Origin: an uncultured Planctomycetaceae bacterium
GTDB lineage: Bacteria; Planctomycetota; Planctomycetia; Pirellulales; PALSA-1355
DNA length: 64,000 nucleotides
Assembly (NCBI GenBank): GCA_963785305.1
Contig: CAWAUV010000004.1
Coordinates: forward strand, 224,001 to 288,000
Direction of reading: 5' to 3'
Made by a program: the position numbers and the translations under genes. Position 1 is the stretch's first letter. Every line of letters begins with the position of its first letter. Below the pieces are notes generated by a model. It ran no database searches and was not told the origin of the DNA. It saw only the letters and a program-made list of their open reading frames with translations. Of the stretch, positions 24,636 through 32,498 are shown piece after piece.

Positions 24636-25457
24636 ATGTCGATCGATCCCGCTCCACGCTCCGCGACTCCGTTTGCCGATCTGGCCGGGCGGCTCGTGTT
24701 TTTAGGCACGGGCACTTCGGTCGGCGTGCCGGTCGTGGGCTGCGAATGCGCCACGTGTCAGAGCAAGGATGCTCGCGATTATCGACTCCGCTGCGGGTTG
24801 GCCTTGGGCTTGGCCGAGGGAACCTTGCTGATCGACACCCCGCCCGACCTGCGCACCCAATTACTGCGCGAGCGCATCGGGCGCGTCCATGCGGTGCTCT
24901 ACACACACGATCATGTGGATCATGTGTATGGCCTCGATGATCTGAGGCCGTTTTCCCATTACTTGGGCAAGGCGGTGCCGGTGTATTGCGAAGAACGGGT
25001 GGAGAACCGGATTCGCAAGTCGTTCGACTATGCGTTTGCCGAGGGCGCCCAACAGCATGGCGGCGGCGTGCCGCGGCTTGCGTTTCATCGGATTGGGCTC
25101 GAGCCCTTCTCGCTCTTGGGCCACGCGATCACGCCGCTGCGATTGCTCCACGGCCCCTTTCCCACGCTCGGCTTTCGAATCGGCAACGTCGCGTATTGCA
25201 CCGATGTGAGCGCGATTCCGCCCGAAAGCTGGCCGCTGCTCGAGGGGCTCGATGTGCTGATTCTCGACGCCCTCCGCCCGCGGCCCCACCCGACGCATTT
25301 CAGCTTGCCCGAGGCGATCGAAGTGGCCGAGCGGCTCGCTCCGCGGCGCACGTTCTTTACTCACATGTGCCACGATCTCGCGCATGGGCCCACGAACGCC
25401 GGGCTGCCCGCCGGCATGGCGCTCGCCCACGATGGCCTGCGACTCGAATTAAGCTGA
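24636..25457 (+). CDS. Metallo-beta-lactamase-fold hydrolase, PhnP family
   Basis: FLGTGTSVGVP..GCECATC, IDTPPD, THDHVDH..GLDD, HPTHF, THMCH. Confidence 0.9.
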   Translation: MSIDPAPRSATPFADLAGRLVFLGTGTSVGVPVVGCECATCQSKDARDYRLRCGLALGLAEGTLLIDTPPDLRTQLLRERIGRVHAVLYTHDHVDHVYGLDDLRPFSHYLGKAVPVYCEERVENRIRKSFDYAFAEGAQQHGGGVPRLAFHRIGLEPFSLLGHAITPLRLLHGPFPTLGFRIGNVAYCTDVSAIPPESWPLLEGLDVLILDALRPRPHPTHFSLPEAIEVAERLAPRRTFFTHMCHDLAHGPTNAGLPAGMALAHDGLRLELS

Positions 25458-25476
25458 GTGCTAAACCGACGGCCGG

Positions 25477-26067
25477 TCAGCGAGTGGCGTTTTTGGCCCG
25501 CAAGGCGGACAGCTTGGTGAGCGTTTCCTTGGGATGCGTGGCCGCTTCGGTGGCGCAGTCGGTGCAGCAGACAAACAGCGGTCGGCCATCGATGGTCACT
25601 TTCGTCGGCACGCCGGTTGAACCAAGACGCACATTGTTCTTGATCGCGCAAAACACTTGCGCCTCGGCATTGCGGCGATCACTGTCCGAGAGCTTCGAAA
25701 GATTGGCGTTCACGCGCGTGAGCGTGGCGGCGGAGGCAAGCGTGGTTTTGGCCCGCGACTTGGCCCGCTTCGTGCAACCGGCGCAGCAGAGAAAGACCGG
25801 CTTGCCCTCGAGCGTCACTTTCACCGGGCAGCCCATCGAGCCCAAGCGATTCTCCTGCTCGACGGCGCACCAGCGCTGCGCGACGGCCAGCGGCCGGTCG
25901 GCGGCGGGCAATTCATCGAGCGCTTTTTGAATCTCTTGCTCGGGATCGGCGACCGCATCTTCGGCGCGCACGTTCGAGCGAGCGCCAAACAGCGAGGCAA
26001 CTCCGAGCGCGGCGGCGATTGCGGCAAACGGGAGGAATTTGAAACGAGAAAAAGTCGTCGCGCGCAT
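25477..26067 (-). CDS. Exported protein with two tandem Cys-rich YHS/TRASH-like metal-binding repeats
   Basis: Signal-peptide-like N-terminus; repeats CAVEQENRLGSMGCPVKVTLEGKPVFLCCAGC and CAIKNNVRLGSTGVPTKVTIDGRPLFVCCTDC. Confidence 0.7.
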   Translation of the reverse strand: MRATTFSRFKFLPFAAIAAALGVASLFGARSNVRAEDAVADPEQEIQKALDELPAADRPLAVAQRWCAVEQENRLGSMGCPVKVTLEGKPVFLCCAGCTKRAKSRAKTTLASAATLTRVNANLSKLSDSDRRNAEAQVFCAIKNNVRLGSTGVPTKVTIDGRPLFVCCTDCATEAATHPKETLTKLSALRAKNATR

Positions 26068-26274
26068 GGGGTTTGTCTCCGGGGTGGCAAACGCGGCCTG
26101 GAAGTCAATTCTTACCGGGCGCCGCGCTGTTGTTCCATACCCGAATTTCCCGATCTCGGAAACCCCGATCCGGGAAATGGAGGCTAACCAGGCCAACCGG
26201 CCAACCAGTTCGCCCGAGAACCCCTTGAATCTCGTCATGCGAGCGCAATGCGCGGGAGCTCGCTGGGCGGCAGA

Positions 26275-26622
26275 TCATGCCGCGCGGGCCAGGGCCGTGA
26301 GTGTTTCGATTGCCAGCGTGTCGTGCATCGCGAGCTCCACGACCCGGTCCGCCACCAAATCGAACAGTTCCGCCCGTATCGATTCCGGCAGCGATTCGTC
26401 GGCAACGCGATCTTCGACCGCGGAATCCACGATTTCAGCGGCTCGAGCGCGGATATAACCTCGCGCTTCATCGGGCAACGCGCGGAGCCAATGGCGGCGA
26501 GACCGGCGGCAGACAGCCGGCGAGATATCGGCGGCGATTTCATCGGCGAGCCGAGCGAGCGCTCGAGCCCGACGCCATCGCATGGTCATCAACAAGTTGC
26601 GACATAAAATCATCCAACGCAT
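26275..26622 (-). CDS. Hypothetical protein (start uncertain)
   Basis: Protein-like composition (EARGYIRARA, ends in RAA); no family recognised. Confidence 0.4.
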   Translation of the reverse strand: MRWMILCRNLLMTMRWRRARALARLADEIAADISPAVCRRSRRHWLRALPDEARGYIRARAAEIVDSAVEDRVADESLPESIRAELFDLVADRVVELAMHDTLAIETLTALARAA

Positions 26623-26938
26623 GGCGTTTCTCCGACGGTGGCGCCGCGAGAGCGCGGCTGGAATCTTTATCGACTCGGCGGGCGCCTGCCTTCGCGAGCT
26701 TTTAAGAATTCGCGCTGCCTGGCGCCAGCGGCGCCGCCGATCTTCGGCCCCGGCGCTGATCGACTGAAGATTGCCGCGATCGTTTGCCGATTGTGTGGGT
26801 TATCGCGCTTGTAGCGGTATCGAGCGGGCGAAGCGGCGCGAGATCGCGTCGGGGCACGGGAAAATCCGCTGGCGCCCTTGAAGCTTCGCCGACAGGTCAC
26901 CCGAGCGCGACGAATATTCGCGGAACAATCGACACGCC

Positions 26939-26967
26939 TTGACCAACCCGCAAGTATTTTCTAAGTT
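26939..26967 (+). promoter_or_regulatory. Putative sigma70 promoter of tRNA-Cys
   Basis: TTGACC-N17-TAAGTT about 33 bp upstream of the tRNA. Confidence 0.55.
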
Positions 26968-27000
26968 ACCCCTTTTGCCTAATGGCTTTAGGGCATTATC

Positions 27001-27072
27001 GGCGCCGTCGCCAAGTGGCTAAGGCAGTGGATTGCAAATCCACCACCGTGGGTTCGACTCCCACCGGCGCCT
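27001..27072 (+). tRNA. tRNA-Cys (GCA), CCA not encoded
   Basis: Cloverleaf: acceptor GGCGCCG/CGGCGCC, D arm, anticodon stem GTGGA-TTGCAAA-TCCAC, T arm GTGGG-TTCGACT-CCCAC, discriminator T. Confidence 0.97.
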
Positions 27073-27074
27073 CT
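27030..27074 (+). repeat. attL core (45 bp, 3' part of tRNA-Cys)
   Basis: GATTGCAAATCCACCACCGTGGGTTCGACTCCCACCGGCGCCTCT, identical to 40175-40219. Confidence 0.95.
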
Positions 27075-27078
27075 CTTC

Positions 27079-27124
27079 AAAAACCCCTGTTTTCTCGGCT
27101 AAAACGAGCGAACTGGGGTTTTTT
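27079..27124 (+). terminator. Putative intrinsic terminator after tRNA-Cys
   Basis: AAAAACCCC...GGGGTTTTTT inverted repeat ending in a T tract. Confidence 0.6.
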
Positions 27125-27373
27125 CGTGCGCCGTTACTCACCCCCCAAGATACGCAGAAAACCGCTCATTTCCGCCCCGCCTGGCCACAACCTGGCCGCA
27201 AGATTGCTCGCCCCGCGATATGGGGCTGGCATATAGCCCTGTTTGCAAAAGCGCCGGACGAATGTACATTGCTGGCATCGGGCGCGGCCGGCCAGCCGTT
27301 TGACCCGAACGTCGTGACGCCACCTCCCTGGCTCAGCGACGTTCGGGGCTTGCCCGTTTTAGGGAGGATTCAC

Positions 27374-28063
27374 ATGGGCAAAATCTCGCCCCTCATGCTT
27401 CCATCGGCGGAAATGGTCGCCCTGGAAGCCGACGTGCAGTTATTGCTCGCCGTGCGCCAAGAGGCTATGCCGGAAGCTGATCGCGGAATCAGATTGGCGG
27501 CTTGCCTGGACCGAATCTCGCGAATTGAACAATGGTTGCGAGGCGGCGGCGCCCGCGATGTCGAATTCGTCGCTGGCGGCGACCATCGCCAATGGGGAGC
27601 CGCCGTTGCCGTAGCCGCCCACAAAATAAAGCGCGGCTTGCGCGAAATAGCCAATCCCGCGCTCGACGTGCTCGATTCTCGCGAAGCCGAGCAATGCGCC
27701 AAGCAGATTCGCGACGCGGGCGACGAATTACGGGCGCTGCGGGGAATGGACGACCGCGACGACCATCGGCCATTTGCGCATCGCAAGACGGAATCGCCAA
27801 GCGCGACGATTGAAGACCCGCCGCGAAAAGTATCGGGCATGATGAGCATTCGCGACCTGGCCGAGAAGCATCGTGTCGATCAACAGATATTGCGAAAAGC
27901 CCTTGAACGATGGCGGTTGAATCACGACGATGGGTATTCGGAAGTGACGACCAGGCGCCAGAACGAGCCGCGATTCCTCTTTGAAGAATCGGCCATATTG
28001 CCGGTTATCGACGGGATAAAGCGGCGGACGGAAACGTCCCACGAACGTCCCACGGAAAAATAA
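27374..28063 (+). CDS. Hypothetical protein with possible C-terminal HTH (element regulator)
   Basis: AGGGAGG RBS before ATG 27374; C-terminal MSIRDLAEKHRVDQQILRKALERW is HTH-like. Confidence 0.6.
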   Translation: MGKISPLMLPSAEMVALEADVQLLLAVRQEAMPEADRGIRLAACLDRISRIEQWLRGGGARDVEFVAGGDHRQWGAAVAVAAHKIKRGLREIANPALDVLDSREAEQCAKQIRDAGDELRALRGMDDRDDHRPFAHRKTESPSATIEDPPRKVSGMMSIRDLAEKHRVDQQILRKALERWRLNHDDGYSEVTTRRQNEPRFLFEESAILPVIDGIKRRTETSHERPTEK

Positions 28064-28308
28064 TTCCGCTGGTTTTCTCGGCCAAAACTCTGATTTTGGC
28101 GTCCCACGAACGTCCGCCGGCAACAGCGCCGACCGCGACCGCCCTACTCTCGTGGCATGGTCGCACTATCTGACATCCCGCTGTTCCTTCTTCGCCGGCT
28201 GCTCGCGGACACGATCGCATCCGCTGGCGCAGACTCGCAGGGGGCCACCGCGCTGCGGCGAGAAATCGAGCGACGCTCCACCGCCAAGCAGCCCCGGAGG
28301 CGCAAGCG

Positions 28309-28597
28309 ATGAGCGACGCCGACACTCCCGCCGTCACGCTGGCCGACGTGCTGGCCCGACTCGACGCCATCGCGGCTCGGCTCGACCAGCACGCGACGCC
28401 CGAGGCACGCTGGCTATCGGTTGACGGCGCCGCAGTCTACGCGAGCCTTTCGGACGACTCAATCCGCCGCCTGCTCTCAAGCGGCAAGCTCCGCTCTGCG
28501 CCCAGTGAAGGGCAGGATCGTCATCGACCGCGGCGAATTGGATGCGCTGATCCTGTCGTCGGACCAGCGACCGCGCAGGGGCCGCGGGATTCGATAA
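28309..28597 (+). CDS. Excisionase/AlpA-like HTH DNA-binding protein (frameshift near 28490)
   Basis: GGAGG RBS; RWLSVDGAAVYASLSDDSIRRLLSSGKL, then in the shifted frame LRPVKGRIVIDRGELDALI...GRGIR-stop. Confidence 0.75.
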
Positions 28598-28673
28598 CCG
28601 ACACATAACCCGCTGCGCCGCCATGCCCCGACGCCGCCGCGAGACCAACCGGGGGCAAGACGGAGAAAAAAAC

Positions 28674-30035
28674 ATGCCGGACGCGGGCGAACTAAGGACG
28701 ATGGCAAAGGACGCCGACCCGTCGGACGAGGCCGCGGCCTACCTGGCGACCAAGAAAAAGAACAACATCCTGGCGCTGCGGACACACCGCGCGACATTTT
28801 TCGGATGGCACGGCGGCGCCTATCGCGAGATGATGCCCGCGGACGTTCGCGCCGACTTGATTCGGTTCGCAAGTCGTCATCTGTGTCATCTTGCCGGACG
28901 AATCACCGGCGACATTCTCGATCACGTCCGCGCACAGTCTCACGTTCCAAGTTGGACCGAACCGCCAGCATGGCTCACTGGCGGCTCACCTTGGCCTGCT
29001 GATGAGATTCTGGCCACGCGCAGCGCATTGGTTCATCTGCCGAGCCTGATCTCGGGAGAAAGCTATTCGCGGCCATCGACGCCGGAGTTCTTTGCGACGA
29101 ACGCGCTCGAATTCGACTTTGCCCCGGCGCCGCCGAAGCCCGTGGCCTGGCTCGATTTCCTCTCGCGACTCTGGGCCGGCGACCAGCAGAGCATCGACAT
29201 TCTCCAGATGTGGGCCGGCTACTTGCTCACGCCCGACACTCGCCAGCAAAAGATTCTGCTGCTGGTCGGTCCAAAAAGAAGCGGCAAGGGAACAATTTTC
29301 CGCATCCTGGCGGCGCTGGTCGGCCGGCGAAACGTGGCAGGGCCGACGCTCGCGAGCCTGGCTTGCAATTTCGGGCTGCAGCCGCTTTTGCACAAGACGG
29401 TCGCCATGATTTCGGACGCGCGGCTCAGCGGCCGAACCGACAGCGGCATTGTTGTGGAGCGGCTGCTGTCGATCAGCGGCGAAGATGCGCTGACGATCGA
29501 CCGGAAGCACATGGAAGCCGTGACGTGCAAGCTATCGGCCCGGCTCATGTTGGCGTCGAACGAGCTGCCCCGGTTGTCGGACGCATCCGGCGCGTTGTCC
29601 AGCCGATTTATTGTCTTGCGACTCAAGCAATCGTGGTACGGCCAAGAGGACACCGCACTGTCGGAAAAACTCATGGGCGAACTGCCCGGCATCCTGCTAT
29701 GGGCCATTCAGGGCTGGAAGACGCTCCGCGACCGCGGGAGATTCCTCGAATCCGGATCGGCCGACGGGCTTCGCCAGCAGCTAAACGATCTCACGTCGCC
29801 AGTGTCGGCATTTGTTCGCGAGCAGTGCGTGGTGGACGATTCCGCTCGCGTCGCACGGGGCGATCTCTATGCGGCCTATTGCGAGTGGGCGAAGACCGCC
29901 GGCCGATCTCACGTCGAAGATGAGGCGGGTTTCGGGCGGCATTTGCGAGCGGCAGTGTCGAGTATCGAGGACTGCCAGCCGCGGATTGACGGGCGACCGA
30001 CCCGCCATTATCGCGGAATCGGACTCGCGGAGTGA
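28674..30035 (+). CDS. Phage/plasmid P4-family D5-like SF3 helicase (primase C-terminal type)
   Basis: QQKILLLVGPKRSGKGT Walker A, ISDA Walker B, SISGEDALTIDRK, ASNELP motif C, ELPGILLWAIQG, C-terminal winged-helix-like region. Confidence 0.9.
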   Translation: MPDAGELRTMAKDADPSDEAAAYLATKKKNNILALRTHRATFFGWHGGAYREMMPADVRADLIRFASRHLCHLAGRITGDILDHVRAQSHVPSWTEPPAWLTGGSPWPADEILATRSALVHLPSLISGESYSRPSTPEFFATNALEFDFAPAPPKPVAWLDFLSRLWAGDQQSIDILQMWAGYLLTPDTRQQKILLLVGPKRSGKGTIFRILAALVGRRNVAGPTLASLACNFGLQPLLHKTVAMISDARLSGRTDSGIVVERLLSISGEDALTIDRKHMEAVTCKLSARLMLASNELPRLSDASGALSSRFIVLRLKQSWYGQEDTALSEKLMGELPGILLWAIQGWKTLRDRGRFLESGSADGLRQQLNDLTSPVSAFVREQCVVDDSARVARGDLYAAYCEWAKTAGRSHVEDEAGFGRHLRAAVSSIEDCQPRIDGRPTRHYRGIGLAE

Positions 30036-30148
30036 AACACGTGAAACATGTATCTATCTATTGCACGCATGGGGGCGCATTGAAATGAGTAACGAAAATA
30101 ATAGCTATATATTACGCAATGGGGTGAATCGTGTTTCACCTGTTTCAT
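30032..30148. promoter_or_regulatory. Putative replication origin: inverted iterons flanking an AT-rich core
   Basis: GTGAAACAC GTGAAACAT (30032-30049) and inverted GTGTTTCAC CTGTTTCAT (30131-30148) flank an AT-rich ~80 bp, directly after the helicase. Confidence 0.65.
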
Positions 30149-30612
30149 TCGCCTGGCCGGAGTGGGTTAGTCAACCCGCCGCGATTGCGCCAATTGAGCC
30201 GCTAACCGCAACCCCCGAAAGCGATTGCGACGAATTGAGCGAGACGCAATTGGACTCGGCCACATTGTTCGACGGCGCACAACAGGATACCGCCGCCGAC
30301 GCATGGGACTGGTTCGACCACATTTCCGCCAGCGACCGCGATTACCTACTCGGCCCGCGAACTGAATGGCGTGACGTTCCCTGCTCGTGGTGTCACCGCC
30401 GCGGCCCGCACACCGCCGATTGCGACCAAATGCACGATGAATGGTCGATGCCGATGCCGTTTGGCAGGCACAAAGGCAAGCCGATTCGACGCATCGAACG
30501 CGAGTATCTGGAATGGCTGTTAGGCAAGGTTTATCTGGTCGCCGACTTGCGTGCGGAAATCGAGCGAGTGCTTGGCGTCGAGAGGATCGAAGCCAGCGAG
30601 GCCACGCCATGA
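30085..30612 (+). CDS. Hypothetical protein with C-terminal DUF3820-like (MPFGKHKG) domain; start uncertain
   Basis: MPFGRHKGKPIRRIEREYLEWLL, preceded by a CSWCH...H...C segment; stop overlaps the next ATG (ATGA). Confidence 0.65.
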   Translation: MSNENNSYILRNGVNRVSPVSFAWPEWVSQPAAIAPIEPLTATPESDCDELSETQLDSATLFDGAQQDTAADAWDWFDHISASDRDYLLGPRTEWRDVPCSWCHRRGPHTADCDQMHDEWSMPMPFGRHKGKPIRRIEREYLEWLLGKVYLVADLRAEIERVLGVERIEASEATP

Positions 30613-30811
30613 ACACCACCGACCACAACACCGACGCCGAACACCCCCGCAGCCCGCTGCCGATGGTCACGATCAAGCTGGCGCCTGGCCGCATTGCCGC
30701 TCGCCGAAGTTCAAGGTCCGCCGGACGGTTGACCAGAGCAACGACGGCGCTGTTCTTCGATATTGCACATGCCACAGTTGCTCGCGGCGGTTCACTATTT
30801 TGGCCACCTAA
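30609..30811 (+). CDS. Ogr/Delta-like C4 zinc-finger protein, copy 1 (1-nt frameshift near 30685)
   Basis: MNTTDHNTDAEHPRSPLPMVTIKLA / PHCRSPKFKVRRT...LRYCTCHSCSRRFTILAT; paralog of 31372-31581. Confidence 0.6.
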
Positions 30812-30943
30812 AGAAAAGTTCTATTGTATGTAAAAGGTGTTGAACCTATTCCGGGTATTCGGGGCTATTCGGGGTAAACCGATTTTGGCTTTCTCTGAAC
30901 TACTTATTTTGCCTGTTGTGTAACTCAACTGAAGGACCGACCT

Positions 30944-31198
30944 ATGCAAGACCATCGACCGACCTGGAGGCGAGCCAAGCGGAAAGCCCGATGGAACGAA
31001 CTGGCCGAGACCATCCGAATCGTGTGGCTCGAATTGCGTTCGCTGACCAATCACCGCGCCGTCAAAGAGCAGTTGAACGAAGCCGTCGAACGACGCGAGC
31101 AGCAGCGTGCGACGCAACGATGGGCGCAAGGCTGCATGGACGCATGGGGCAAGCCGGTCGCACACGATGAGATTCTGTGCGGCGAATGGACGGGATGA
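30944..31198 (+). CDS. Hypothetical protein
   Basis: AAGGA RBS after an AT-rich intergenic region; tightly packed with downstream ORFs. Confidence 0.5.
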   Translation: MQDHRPTWRRAKRKARWNELAETIRIVWLELRSLTNHRAVKEQLNEAVERREQQRATQRWAQGCMDAWGKPVAHDEILCGEWTG

Positions 31199-31201
31199 AC
31201 G

Positions 31202-31375
31202 ATGAGCAGCACACGACCTCGATTCTCGCTGCTACTGGAAGCCGACCACAAACCGGCCGACCCAGCCGGCATCCGTCGGTTGCGGGAGTTGCTGAAGCGG
31301 CTGCTCCGATCACACGGGTTCCGGTGCGTCGAGGTTTGCGAAGTGAAGCAGGAACCCAGCGAGCCGACGCCATGA
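31202..31375 (+). CDS. Small phage-type hypothetical protein, 57 aa (below the ORF-track cutoff)
   Basis: MSSTRPRFSLLLEADHKPADPAGIRRLRELLKRLLRSHGFRCVEVCEVKQEPSEPTP; starts 3 bp after the previous stop and its TGA overlaps the next ATG. Confidence 0.6.
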   Translation: MSSTRPRFSLLLEADHKPADPAGIRRLRELLKRLLRSHGFRCVEVCEVKQEPSEPTP

Positions 31376-31581
31376 GCAGCACCGACCACACCGCCGACGC
31401 CGAACACCCCCGCAGCCCGCTGCCGATGGTCACGATCAAGCTGGCCCGCTGCCCGCGTTGCCGATCGTCCAAGCATCGCGTCCGACGAACAGAGCAACAA
31501 ACCATCGGCGGCAGTGACGCCGTGCTCAGATACTGCACGTGCGTCAGTTGCGATCGACCGTTCACTATTTTGGCAACGTGA
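31372..31581 (+). CDS. Ogr/Delta-like C4 zinc-finger protein, copy 2
   Basis: CPRCRSSKHRVRRT...LRYCTCVSCDRPFT: CxxC...CxxC-x3-F pattern of Ogr-family activators. Confidence 0.65.
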   Translation: MSSTDHTADAEHPRSPLPMVTIKLARCPRCRSSKHRVRRTEQQTIGGSDAVLRYCTCVSCDRPFTILAT

Positions 31582-31647
31582 AGAATTCTTCTACATATGG
31601 AAGTGCAACAAACCCGCGAGCGCGAATAATCAAAGCAGAGGGAACCC

Positions 31648-31833
31648 ATGACGACCGAAACCCGCGACTTAACATCCATCGGCTGCCTGGCCGGCCAAAT
31701 GCAGCGCAGCGTCCGCTCGATTGAGCAAGCCGCGAGCCGAGCCGGAATCAAGCCCGCCATGCGCATCGACCGCGTGCCGCACTACACCGCCGCACAGGTC
31801 GAGCGGATCATTGCAGCGCTGGGGGGCAAGTGA
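31648..31833 (+). CDS. Small HTH-like hypothetical protein
   Basis: GAGGG RBS; SIGCLAGQMQRSVRSIEQAA...PHYTAAQVERI resembles a MerR/Xis-like wHTH. Confidence 0.5.
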   Translation: MTTETRDLTSIGCLAGQMQRSVRSIEQAASRAGIKPAMRIDRVPHYTAAQVERIIAALGGK

Positions 31834-32111
31834 TGGTCAAAACATTCATCGAGCGGCTGGCGGACGAGGCCCGCAGCGCCCACACAGGCGACGGCTGCGC
31901 CTATGTCGTCGGTCTCATTCGAGCGGCCGAGGACGACCTGCCCGAAGCGTTTGAGCGATTGGGCAGGTCGATTCCGTTGTCGCTGCTCAAGCTGCCGGGC
32001 GTGCCGACGCTGGCCGAGCTTGGCGGCGAGGCGATGGAGACGCCGTGGGTTGTCGTCCTTCACGACGAGGGCGCGATGATCGTTCCGCTTTGCAGTTTGT
32101 GTGCGAGATGA
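31830..32111 (+). CDS. Hypothetical protein
   Basis: Overlaps both neighbours (GTGA, ATGA), consistent with translational coupling. Confidence 0.5.
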   Translation: MMVKTFIERLADEARSAHTGDGCAYVVGLIRAAEDDLPEAFERLGRSIPLSLLKLPGVPTLAELGGEAMETPWVVVLHDEGAMIVPLCSLCAR

Positions 32112-32407
32112 GAAAACCCGCGACGTTCCGACCAGACGGAAAGACGCCCGAGCGAGTCAGACTCGATCGCAGCGAGAGCAGAGCATTTTACGGTAGCAAG
32201 AGGTGGCGGAAGTTTCGAGCGTGGTTCATTCGCAAAAATCCGTTTTGTGTCGATTGCCTGGAGCGCCGAGAAGTTACGCCAACGCAAGAAGTTCACCACG
32301 CGTTGCCGAGGCTCGCGCATCCCGAGTTGGCGTTTGAGGAGAGCAATTGCGTCGCGCTTTGCTCCGCGGACCACAAGCGGCGCGAAGCGAAAGCCAAAAA
32401 GGGGTAG
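32108..32407 (+). CDS. Phage HNH endonuclease (HK97 gp74-like terminase accessory)
   Basis: FYGSKRWRKFR...NPFCVDC...EVHH...NCVALCSADH; located upstream of the terminase genes. Confidence 0.88.
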   Translation: MRKPATFRPDGKTPERVRLDRSESRAFYGSKRWRKFRAWFIRKNPFCVDCLERREVTPTQEVHHALPRLAHPELAFEESNCVALCSADHKRREAKAKKG

Positions 32408-32498
32408 GGGTGTTTCATCCATAGAAGAGGCGCGACCGAAAGGCGGGCCAACTCGAGACGAATTCGCTCCCCGAAAATGCCCCCCAGGGGTCAAAAAA

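Noticed and set aside
30590..31581. Diversity-generating retroelement TR/VR pair (also considered for the DUF1559 pair)
   Set aside because: No reverse transcriptase in the window, and the differences are not confined to adenines.
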